64,000 nucleotides of DNA from Candidatus Thorarchaeota archaeon (GTDB lineage Archaea; Asgardarchaeota; Thorarchaeia; Thorarchaeales; Thorarchaeaceae), in NCBI GenBank assembly GCA_029855935.1, contig JAGSHN010000012.1, forward strand, positions 208,869 through 272,868, written 5' to 3'. Below the pieces are notes generated by a model. That model did not search any database, had not been told where the DNA came from, and saw nothing but the letters and a program-made list of their open reading frames with translations. The translations under genes and the position numbers were made by a program. This document shows, piece by piece, positions 55,793 to 64,000 of this stretch; the first letter of the stretch is position 1; every line of letters starts with the position of its first letter.

Positions 55793-58700
55793 TCAGAGAG
55801 GTGTCATCCCTATCTTGACCTTCAGGTCGTCAATCTCCCACTCCTTCACGTACTTGTAGTCTTTCCACTTCGGCCTTCCCTTCGGTCCAAGCAGCTGGAG
55901 TCTGCTTGCCCTCGTCTCAGACTCGAGGTGACCCCTGAACATCTCTGCCAGCTCGCGTGACTCATCCTCCGAGAACCGTATGACGAGGTCAATGTTCTGT
56001 TCCACGTTGAGGTCCAGCTCCTTGCGCATGACCTGAACCCTTCTCGTCACATCACGAACCAAGCCCTCGGCCTCAAGCTCTCTCGTTCTTGTCACATCGA
56101 CGAAGACGCGCCCAATTCTGCTCTCGGCAGAGCTCAGATGATCTGGCAGGGACTCCTCGAATATCACGTCCTCAGGAAATATCTCCACCTTTGTGCCGTC
56201 GACGTCGATCTCAGCACGGCCCTTCGCTAGCTCTGCTCGCAGCGCAGCAGCATCGATTCTCTCCAGTGCGGCGACCAATGCCTTCATCTTGTCCTTCACT
56301 CTTGGGCCTAGGGTCTTGTAGTTGGGTCGTACACTGAGGCTGACGAACTCATCCGTCACATCGTCTGACAATACCTCGAATTGTCGCGTGTTCAGGTCGT
56401 GAAGCAGGATGTCATGTAGGCTCCGAGCCCTCTCGGCAACGTCCTCGTTGAACGGCACGAAGACGACCTTGGCCACCGGGTGACGGAGTTTGACACCCTT
56501 CTTGTTCCTCGCGTGACTTGTCGCACGGCGCAGCTCCTCCAGAACGTCGAAAGTGGCCTCCATCTCCTCATCGCGCAGCTCCTTCTCGACATCCGGCATA
56601 TCTGTCATGTTTATCGACTCTGGGAGCCCCTTGGCGTACTTCATCAGGAACTCGCGATGGAGCTTCTCACATAGGAACGGCGTGAAGACATTGAGGCACC
56701 GGAGCAGGGTCTGCAGAGTGTAGTACATCACGTCGTACGCCATCAGTTTGCGCGGGTTCTCGCTGTCAAGCCAGACCCTCTTCTTGACCAGTGGGAGATA
56801 GATCCTGCTGAGGTCCTCGCTTATGAACTCAAGCAGTGCCCTGCTTGCGTGATGATACAGATACTCACCCATGGCATTGTGGAACTCCGCAACCACACTC
56901 TGAACTCGTGAGACGAGCCACCGGTCCTCAAGGTCTGCATCAGCGAGATTCCTCCGCATCCTCTTCTCATCGTACTCGAACTTGTCGAGGTCCATGTACG
57001 TGTCAGCAAAGAGGACCACATTCCAGAGGATGTCTAGGTTACGCCTTGTGAGCTCTATCTCCTTGGGACTGTAGTTCGTCCTGGTCCATGGTGCAGAGCG
57101 GCTTAGCATGTATATCCTGAACGGGTCGGCCCCTATCGTTTCAAAGGTGTCAGCTGCCCACACAACGTTGCCCTTGGACTTACTCATCTTCCCGCCGTCC
57201 TCATCGAGAACGTGACCTTGACTGACGCAGGCCTTGAAGGGTGCCCTGTCGTGCAGGACGACGGATGTGTACAGCAGACTATAGAACCATCCGCGAGACT
57301 GGTCCACCGCCTCTGTGATGAAGTCGTAGGGGAAGAGCTCATTGAAGAGCGACGGATCCTTGAGATACTCCACGCTCGCCGTGTGGGCCATCCCCGAGTC
57401 GAGCCAGCAGTCGAGGACGAACGGTTCTCTCCTCATCATGGATCCGCATTTCTCACATCTGAGGACTACGCGGTCAACCCAGGGCCTGTGCATCTCGAAC
57501 GTCGGCGGAAAGTCGAGAGCTTTCTCCCGTAGCTCCTCTCTTGAACCTATGACGACCTCGTAGCCACACTCGTCACAGACCCAGACCGGGAGAGGAGACC
57601 CCCATATCCGCGACCGGGATATGCACCAATCGTCTGCGTTGGCCAGCCAGTCGCCGAACCTTCCGCTTCCGGCCCACTCTGGTGTCCAGTCTATCTCGCG
57701 GTTGCGCTCGACTAGTTTCTCGCGGACGCCCTCCATCTTCAGGAACCACTGGGACCTGTCTGCGAGGTAAATGAGTGGCGTGTCGCAGCGCCAGCAATGC
57801 GGGTACTCGTGGATGATGGTCTCCTCGTGGACCAGTAGACGCTTCTCTCTGAGGATCTTGGGAACTTCTGGATTCGCCTCAAAGACCGATTTGCCCTCGA
57901 ACATTGGCACCTCCCGCGTGAATATGCCGCGATTGGTGACCGGGCAGAATACCGGCACGCCGTACTCACGGCCGACCTCAAAGTCCTCGGGACCGAATCC
58001 GGGGGCTGTGTGTACGAGACCTGTGCCGTCCATTACGGTCACGTGGGTGCCGGTCACGACGGCGTGCATATACTTCTCATTATGCTCTTGGTGCCACGGG
58101 ATGTCCTTGAGGAACGGATGTATGTACTTCCACCCGAGCATGTCGGACCCCTTGACCCGTTTCTCAACCTCGTAGTCCTCTATGCCCGCCTTAGACATCA
58201 CGGTCTCGACGAGGTCCTCAACTATCCACCACTTCTCCTTGCCCACATCCACGAGCACGTACGTATAGTCCGGATGCACAGACACCATCTCGTTGGATAG
58301 TAGGGTGAAAGGCGTTGTTGTCCAAATGACCAAGTACTCGCCCTTCCTGTCTTTGAGCTTGAACTTGACATAGATTGATGGGTCTTCTTTGGTCTTGTAG
58401 CCCTGCGAGACCTCGTGCGCGGAGAGTGCAGTGACACACCGAGGACAGGTTGGTGTAACGCGGTAGCCCCGTCCCAGAAGGCCCTTCTCACTGGCGACTT
58501 TCAGGAAGTACCACACGTGTTCTATGTAGTCGTCTCTTCGCGTCTGATATGCCGAGTCATAGTCAAGCCACAGTCCCAGCCTCACGGAGTCCCGCACCCA
58601 CCGGTCAAGGTAGAAGTCCACAAGTTCCTTACATTTCTTTACGAAGAGATCGAGGCCCAGGGTCTGCTCTATCTGCCCCTTCTCAGCGATGCCCTCTTTT

Positions 58701-58993
58701 CTCTCAACCTCAAGCTCTACGGGGAGGCCCTGCATGTCCCAGCCGCCCCGCCTCCACACATTGTAGCCCCTCATAGTCATATAGCGGATCTGCGCGTCCT
58801 TCATTGCCCTGCCGCGGGCGTGACCGACATGCATGAACCCGTTGGTCGTGGGGGGGCCCTCAAGGAAGTTCCACCTCGGGCCGTTCTCTCTGAGTTTCAC
58901 GGTCTTGGTGTAGATGTCATTCTTCTGCCAGAATTTGAGTATCTCCGTTTCTACGGCGACCGGGTCGTATCTCTTTGCCAGTCGATTCATCAT
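55793..58993 (-). CDS. ileS: isoleucyl-tRNA synthetase
   Basis: HIGH-type motif PPTTNGFMHVGHA and KMSKS (GGKMSKSKGNVV). CP1/editing insert. 1066 aa fits archaeal IleRS rather than ValRS or LeuRS. Confidence 0.7.
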   Translation of the reverse strand: MMNRLAKRYDPVAVETEILKFWQKNDIYTKTVKLRENGPRWNFLEGPPTTNGFMHVGHARGRAMKDAQIRYMTMRGYNVWRRGGWDMQGLPVELEVERKEGIAEKGQIEQTLGLDLFVKKCKELVDFYLDRWVRDSVRLGLWLDYDSAYQTRRDDYIEHVWYFLKVASEKGLLGRGYRVTPTCPRCVTALSAHEVSQGYKTKEDPSIYVKFKLKDRKGEYLVIWTTTPFTLLSNEMVSVHPDYTYVLVDVGKEKWWIVEDLVETVMSKAGIEDYEVEKRVKGSDMLGWKYIHPFLKDIPWHQEHNEKYMHAVVTGTHVTVMDGTGLVHTAPGFGPEDFEVGREYGVPVFCPVTNRGIFTREVPMFEGKSVFEANPEVPKILREKRLLVHEETIIHEYPHCWRCDTPLIYLADRSQWFLKMEGVREKLVERNREIDWTPEWAGSGRFGDWLANADDWCISRSRIWGSPLPVWVCDECGYEVVIGSREELREKALDFPPTFEMHRPWVDRVVLRCEKCGSMMRREPFVLDCWLDSGMAHTASVEYLKDPSLFNELFPYDFITEAVDQSRGWFYSLLYTSVVLHDRAPFKACVSQGHVLDEDGGKMSKSKGNVVWAADTFETIGADPFRIYMLSRSAPWTRTNYSPKEIELTRRNLDILWNVVLFADTYMDLDKFEYDEKRMRRNLADADLEDRWLVSRVQSVVAEFHNAMGEYLYHHASRALLEFISEDLSRIYLPLVKKRVWLDSENPRKLMAYDVMYYTLQTLLRCLNVFTPFLCEKLHREFLMKYAKGLPESINMTDMPDVEKELRDEEMEATFDVLEELRRATSHARNKKGVKLRHPVAKVVFVPFNEDVAERARSLHDILLHDLNTRQFEVLSDDVTDEFVSLSVRPNYKTLGPRVKDKMKALVAALERIDAAALRAELAKGRAEIDVDGTKVEIFPEDVIFEESLPDHLSSAESRIGRVFVDVTRTRELEAEGLVRDVTRRVQVMRKELDLNVEQNIDLVIRFSEDESRELAEMFRGHLESETRASRLQLLGPKGRPKWKDYKYVKEWEIDDLKVKIGMTPL

Positions 58994-59319
58994 AGACTCC
59001 TCGCTCCAGATCTGCTACGGGACCCACAGTGAGTATAGAGATGACACAGAAACAACGTGGGCGAGACTGTGGACTGAGAATGTGCTCGTCCTGAGGATTC
59101 ATCTTCGAGAGTGAATTTGGCAATCCATCCTGTCTCACCTATGGGTCCTGCTCCTCCACGCGACTTTCATCTTAAAAAGGGTTAGGCTAGGTGTGGTTGA
59201 CCAGCACTACTGTGGTGGGTCAGGGCGAGAGCCCAGTCATCTCGAAAAGGTTTTATCGTGTCGGCTTTCTGTTGGTATTTATCCTTCAACGGGAACGCGG
59301 ACGGAGGATTGAAACGAGT

Positions 59320-60342
59320 ATGAATATGAAAGTGGCACTCAAGCGTGCACTAGCGGTTGCACTCATTGCAGCCATGCTATCGCCTCTCATCATCGGTACC
59401 GCACCCGTTGTAGCCCAAGCGAACAAGACTATAGTCTTCGATATGTCTCACGGCCAAGGCAACCCTGCCACCTGGGACATCGATCAGGATCTGGCCAACA
59501 ATCTCACTCAACTGGGCTACACTGTGGTGTGGGCTTACGGAGGAATCAATGACTCGATACTTGCCAATGCTGATGGCCTTGTGATTGGCTCATTGTATGG
59601 CGAGTCGAACACCTTCACCTCCTCTGAGGTGTCCGCAATCGCTGACTGGTTCAACTCAGGCGACAAGTTCCTCTGGGTTGCATATGACTCAGACTACAGT
59701 GGTGCCTACATAAACGACAACATGACACTGATCCTCGAGGCTGTCGGTTCTCACGTCTACGGTGAGCCGACCTCTATTGAGGATCCCGACTCGAATTGCG
59801 GTGCCGGCTACAGACCGGTGGCCAACACGACGAGCGATGATCCGTTTGTCGCTGACATCGTGGAGGGCACCTCCAAGGTCCTGATGCATGGACCGACACT
59901 CCTCTACGGCAGCAACAGCGACAATCCGGGCGAGAACGTCAACCCGGTCGCGCTTGAGACCGAGAGCATCGAGAACGTCTACCCTGTTCTGTACTACGGC
60001 GCGTCGGCCACGATAGTGGACCATGACCTGATTGCACCGTACGCTCACGACGAGGGCGACACCGGCTCATTTGTAGCCATGACCGTTGAGGTCAATGCTG
60101 GCGAGACTGGTGACGGTGTCATTGTGGTCTCCGGTGCATCGCCCTACGGCGACTACAGGCCGATGTCCGCCTGGGAATACAAGAATGTCACTCTTGATGG
60201 CTACAATCTTGTGAAGAACGCGATTCACTTCGGCATGGAGTACCCACCTCCGGCCGGAATCAGTCCGATGCTCCTCTATGGCGGCATTGGCGCTGTAGTC
60301 ATCATTGTGATAGTGGTGGCTCTCGTCGTCAAGAGGCGGTAG
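59320..60342 (+). CDS. secreted protein with C-terminal TM anchor and KRR tail
   Basis: Signal peptide MNMKVALKRALAVALIAAMLSPLIIGTAPVVAQA after a GGAGG RBS. C-terminus …PPPAGISPMLLYGGIGAVVIIVIVVALVVKRR. N-glyco-like sequons. Confidence 0.5.
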   Translation: MNMKVALKRALAVALIAAMLSPLIIGTAPVVAQANKTIVFDMSHGQGNPATWDIDQDLANNLTQLGYTVVWAYGGINDSILANADGLVIGSLYGESNTFTSSEVSAIADWFNSGDKFLWVAYDSDYSGAYINDNMTLILEAVGSHVYGEPTSIEDPDSNCGAGYRPVANTTSDDPFVADIVEGTSKVLMHGPTLLYGSNSDNPGENVNPVALETESIENVYPVLYYGASATIVDHDLIAPYAHDEGDTGSFVAMTVEVNAGETGDGVIVVSGASPYGDYRPMSAWEYKNVTLDGYNLVKNAIHFGMEYPPPAGISPMLLYGGIGAVVIIVIVVALVVKRR

Positions 60343-60349
60343 TAGATTG

Positions 60350-60384
60350 AAGAGGCCTCAAAGGCCTCTCCCCTCTCTTTTTCT
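60350..60384 (+). terminator. intrinsic-terminator-like hairpin + T-tract
   Basis: GAGGCC-UCAAA-GGCCUC hairpin followed by UCCCCUCUCUUUUUCUUG, 8 nt after the stop codon. Confidence 0.5.
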
Positions 60385-60531
60385 TGTCACTGAACTGGCT
60401 GTTTCGTTCATCGGGAGAATCTGTCACTAGCGCTATCCCCTCTGAAACGCGGGAATGAAAGCAGGAGATATTCTTTCCCAAGAGGTCCCTGTGACGTTTC
60501 ACTTAATAGTTAGTGAGCTCCCTAGACCACT

Positions 60532-62454
60532 ATGACACGAGCATCGCTAGTTCTCCTGATACTCGTACTGATCACACCATTTCTAGTAGTATCCCCCACT
60601 GTCACTCCAGCCAGGGCGTGGGGAACTGCAACTCACAACTACATCGACACGGCGGCAATCAACGCACTCTCCAACGATAGCTGGCGCGCGGCCTTTGACT
60701 ACTATTCCCCAGAGGTGATCACCGGAGGAGCTATTCCTGACCAGTGGCAGGACTGGGACAACCACCTGTACTATCCCGAGACTGGCGAGCACAATGCCCC
60801 TGCAGCAGCCGCCCATTGGTTCGAGATGGCGAGAGCAAACTTCACCTTGGGGAACTGGGAGGAAGGATTCTTTGCCGCAGGGGTGATGAGCCACTACGCT
60901 GTAGATCCGTGCATTCCGGTACACACTGACGAATGGTGGGAGGGTCATCCGGCCTATGAGCACGACATCAACAATCACCTACAGGACTTCGTGTTACCAT
61001 CACCTGCCGAGAGAGAGGTGACAAACGTCTCCCAGCTTGTGGTCGACAACGCTACGTACGCTCACCAGTACTACGACATAGTGTACGACGCCTACCCGAC
61101 ATCCGAGTCGACGGCGCTTGACACGAACTCGACAATCTGGGATCTGACGGTGGACTGCCTGTCAATGGCAGTGAACGCCTGCACCAGCCTGTTCTACACC
61201 CTGACTATTGGACTTGACGCACCAGACGTGACATCAATACTCGACAAGGTCGCGGTCATTGACTATGCTCATTCCAACGACTACACCACTGACAAGCTCA
61301 CAGAGATTGAGGACACCCTCAACCGACATGGGTTCGAGGTGCGTCATCAGGATAGTGCATTCACTGCAGCGGATCTTGCAGACGTTGACCTCATCATTGC
61401 CACATGCGGACTGGATGAATACACAACTGCCGAGCTTCAGGCTATCTCGGACTGGGCCGCATCGGACGACAAGGGAATGTTGCTCGCTGGACGCGGCGAC
61501 TACTCGACCTATCAGGATGTTGCCAGGCCCAACCAGATACTCGAAGCAATTGGTTCCAACATTCGTTTCAATGATGACAACGTCTACATGGAAGGAACCT
61601 ACAACCCATGGTATATAGACCTCTACGAGATTCCTGCGCCATCCGAGACCCTCAACCTCACCTTTGGCGTTGAGAGTATGACATTCTTCTCGCCCGCAAG
61701 TCTATACTTTCTTGATGAGCGCCCGGTACTCCCACTGATCTTCTGTGACCCGACTGGGTATCAGACCGATCAGAATCCGCCAGCTCCTGTCCGTGTGTAC
61801 GATGACACCCAAGACGGCGAGAACGGCGTTCAAATACCTGTTGCTGCGGTCGAAGAGATTGGTGGACTGCGACTTCTTGTCACAGGTACCACAATCTTCA
61901 GCAACTATGACTACTCGAAGGACTTCGACAATATCCAGTTCGTGGAGAACTTCCTTGACTGGGTTCGTGACAGCCGCTTTGTGCATAATATCTCTACTGA
62001 TGTTGATGAGATAGGGCCATGGATTCGGAACATGCAGTGGACACCGAGCCCGGCTGCTCATGACTCGCCGATAACCGTCACGGCGACCGTCAGCGATGTG
62101 AGCGGAGTTGGTGGTGTCAACCTGACCTACACTGTCGACGGCACTTCCGCGACCCTTGTGATGTCAAACACTGGAGACAACACGTACTCTGCAGAGATTC
62201 CTGACCAAGAGGCTTTGTCGTCTGTCGTCATCAGCATCACGGCAGTAGACGGCGTCGGTAACGTGGCAATCCGTGCCTCATACACGATTGAGATTGGGGC
62301 GGCTACCACTGGCACGACTGGCACGAACACCACTACAACGGAAACTTCGCCTGGAGGAGGTCCTGCCTTCGGCTCACAGGCCATCCTCATTGGGTCGATT
62401 GGCGCAGTCCTCCTTGTCCTTGCACTGGTCCTCCTGCTCAGAAGGAGAGGATGA
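60532..62454 (+). CDS. secreted protein (640 aa) with Thr-rich stalk, PGF-CTERM-like C-terminal anchor
   Basis: Signal peptide MTRASLVLLILVLITPFLVVSPTVTPARA. C-terminus …GAATTGTTGTNTTTTETSPGGGPAFGSQAILIGSIGAVLLVLALVLLLRRRG (Thr-rich linker, PAFG, TM, basic tail). Confidence 0.5.
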   Translation: MTRASLVLLILVLITPFLVVSPTVTPARAWGTATHNYIDTAAINALSNDSWRAAFDYYSPEVITGGAIPDQWQDWDNHLYYPETGEHNAPAAAAHWFEMARANFTLGNWEEGFFAAGVMSHYAVDPCIPVHTDEWWEGHPAYEHDINNHLQDFVLPSPAEREVTNVSQLVVDNATYAHQYYDIVYDAYPTSESTALDTNSTIWDLTVDCLSMAVNACTSLFYTLTIGLDAPDVTSILDKVAVIDYAHSNDYTTDKLTEIEDTLNRHGFEVRHQDSAFTAADLADVDLIIATCGLDEYTTAELQAISDWAASDDKGMLLAGRGDYSTYQDVARPNQILEAIGSNIRFNDDNVYMEGTYNPWYIDLYEIPAPSETLNLTFGVESMTFFSPASLYFLDERPVLPLIFCDPTGYQTDQNPPAPVRVYDDTQDGENGVQIPVAAVEEIGGLRLLVTGTTIFSNYDYSKDFDNIQFVENFLDWVRDSRFVHNISTDVDEIGPWIRNMQWTPSPAAHDSPITVTATVSDVSGVGGVNLTYTVDGTSATLVMSNTGDNTYSAEIPDQEALSSVVISITAVDGVGNVAIRASYTIEIGAATTGTTGTNTTTTETSPGGGPAFGSQAILIGSIGAVLLVLALVLLLRRRG

Positions 62455-62638
62455 TTGACGGAACGGTTGGGGCAGTCTGTCCCCCGTTCTATCCATTTCT
62501 TTTTCTTGCCAGTCCCGTTGTCGTACGAGCGAAAATCCGACCGTCTATTACATAAATCGAGGGCGAATCGGTTCATCAAGATTCATAAGCATTCTCGCAT
62601 ATGCATTCTATGGAGAAGTAACTGGAGAGTAGCGGAGA

Positions 62639-63241
62639 ATGACCGAGGCCGCAGAGCGAGATGTCCGCGATATGGAGATCTATTCGGACATCCTGCGCGC
62701 ATTTGGGTGGGCCATTGTTGAGTTTGAGGACACACTCTATAGAAAGTACTTGATGATGTCATCACGTCACTCTCTCACACCTCGGGAAGAGTTCAACAGG
62801 CATCTCCTCCGGATGCATGCCAGAGGTTACATCTCGCCGCTGAAACTACACGGCCACAAGGCGTGGAAGAAACTCGTGGTCGAGGACCGTTCAGATGACT
62901 CCCTTGTCGGGAGGAAGATTGAGACAGTCCCTGAAGCACCTGAGAAGAAACCCCCACACCGCAGATATGTAGTGAGCGACTCGATGATACTTGCGGATGA
63001 CATCCTTCGAATGATGAAGACAAAGATGTACCCCGAGAGAGACATCGAACTCGTACGCGACATCCTTCGCCAGCACGCCTCGGAGATGCGTCGTGCACTA
63101 TGCAAGTCGCCAGAGTCCCTACTGAGGTACGTTGATGCCCACGTACCATCGTTGAGGAAGACAATCGAGACAATCCTCCGTTCGAAGGGCGAGGATGTTC
63201 TCATGCTCAGTCTGCGCCTGATTGAAACGCGAGCAGTGTAG
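62639..63241 (+). CDS. hypothetical protein
   Basis: 200-aa ORF with coding periodicity. No assignable motif. Confidence 0.3.
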   Translation: MTEAAERDVRDMEIYSDILRAFGWAIVEFEDTLYRKYLMMSSRHSLTPREEFNRHLLRMHARGYISPLKLHGHKAWKKLVVEDRSDDSLVGRKIETVPEAPEKKPPHRRYVVSDSMILADDILRMMKTKMYPERDIELVRDILRQHASEMRRALCKSPESLLRYVDAHVPSLRKTIETILRSKGEDVLMLSLRLIETRAV

Positions 63242-63291
63242 TCACTTTGACCCGGTCTCAGGTGGCCCATATCTGAGTGGTTGTCAGCCAG

Positions 63292-64000
63292 CTAGTAAGA
63301 CCTGTTCACAAGCATCTCTGACAGGTCCAGCAAGAACTGCTTGTACATCTCATTGAGCGGCGGGTCTGCTCTCTCAAGTGCGTTCTGTCCCCTCTGCAAC
63401 AGGTTTCTCATGATCTCCGCTGTCGCGTCCAGAGCACCGCTCTCTCGGAAGACCTCTCTCACCCTGTCGACTTCCTCCGATGTCATACCACGCTTACCGA
63501 GCAGCGCGTCAAGAGTGGCACAGTGTTGCTTGTTTCCGAGGCGGTATGCCTGGATGACCAGCATTGTCTTCTTGCCCTCCCGGATGTCTCCCTCAGCGGA
63601 CTTTCCAGTGACCTTCTCTTCCCCAAAGCTTCCGAGAATGTCATCCCTAATCTGGAAGGCCTGGCCCACAGTGATGCCGAACTCCGAGAGCGCGGCCTTC
63701 TGCTCTGCGGATGCGCCTCCTATTGTGGCCCCCATCAGGAGAGACCTCTCGAAGAGAACTGCAGTCTTGAGCCTGATCATCTCAAGATATGTTTCCGCTG
63801 TGGCGGACGGATCATTGACCATATTCATCTCAAGGAGGACACCATCGGCGAGCTCCTGGTATGCGGTGTGATATAGTTTCATGCACTCAAACGCCACTTC
63901 TGGAGGAAGTTCCGAGGCGGTGATGACCTGAGGGCCCATATTGAGTAGAGAGTCGCCACCTAGAACTGCCATGGCCATTCCAAAGTCGACAGCCCTCTCG
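63292..64000 (-). CDS. polyprenyl (geranylgeranyl) diphosphate synthase, C-terminal part; continues beyond window edge
   Basis: Second aspartate-rich motif FQIRDDILG and …GMAMAVLGGDSLL… region. The reading frame stays open upstream of the tracked Met to position 64000. Confidence 0.75.
   Translation of the reverse strand, partial: ERAVDFGMAMAVLGGDSLLNMGPQVITASELPPEVAFECMKLYHTAYQELADGVLLEMNMVNDPSATAETYLEMIRLKTAVLFERSLLMGATIGGASAEQKAALSEFGITVGQAFQIRDDILGSFGEEKVTGKSAEGDIREGKKTMLVIQAYRLGNKQHCATLDALLGKRGMTSEEVDRVREVFRESGALDATAEIMRNLLQRGQNALERADPPLNEMYKQFLLDLSEMLVNRSY

Noticed and set aside
1-64000. CRISPR arrays, rRNA genes, transposases/IS elements
   Set aside because: No regularly spaced direct repeats, no rRNA-like conserved stretches, and no transposase-like ORFs were seen in the sequence or ORF track.

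Overview
GC-rich archaeal chromosomal segment. Archaeal identity is supported by ribosomal protein eS26, an archaeal class-I CCA-adding enzyme, a class-I LysRS homologue, aEF-2, RtcB, TrmY-like SPOUT, a pantoate kinase/phosphopantothenate synthetase CoA route, a short XPF nuclease, and MIPS plus CDP-alcohol phosphatidyltransferase. The strongest non-housekeeping signal is Asgard-like/eukaryote-like: four Ras-superfamily small GTPases (one Rab-like, one fused to an N-terminal roadblock/longin-like domain and a ~300-aa acidic tail, two MglA/Arf-like), two stand-alone Roadblock/LC7 proteins, two V4R (TRAPP-fold) proteins, and TPR and winged-helix partners. The most concrete single finding is a selenocysteine-encoding selD. 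The ORF track truncates it at a GTG, but the upstream in-frame reading continues through a TGA exactly at the conserved Sec/Cys position of the N-terminal SelD motif (…RLTALVTSHG-U-SCKV…). The 3'UTR is GC-rich and structured, which would suit a SECIS element. Other notable items are a class-I LysRS homologue with both catalytic signature motifs degenerate, an aEF-2 with an altered diphthamide loop, a 1279-aa surface protein with a caspase/CHAT-like H-G…C dyad and a polybasic cytoplasmic tail placed between an MglA-like GTPase/TPR pair and a Roadblock (MglB-like) gene, a CoA biosynthesis cluster, several secreted proteins with a C-terminal TM anchor and basic tail, and one tRNA-Gln(CUG) with A1:U72 and encoded CCA. 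No CRISPR array, rRNA, transposase or obvious prophage was seen. Functional calls rest on motif recognition by eye and should be confirmed by profile searches.
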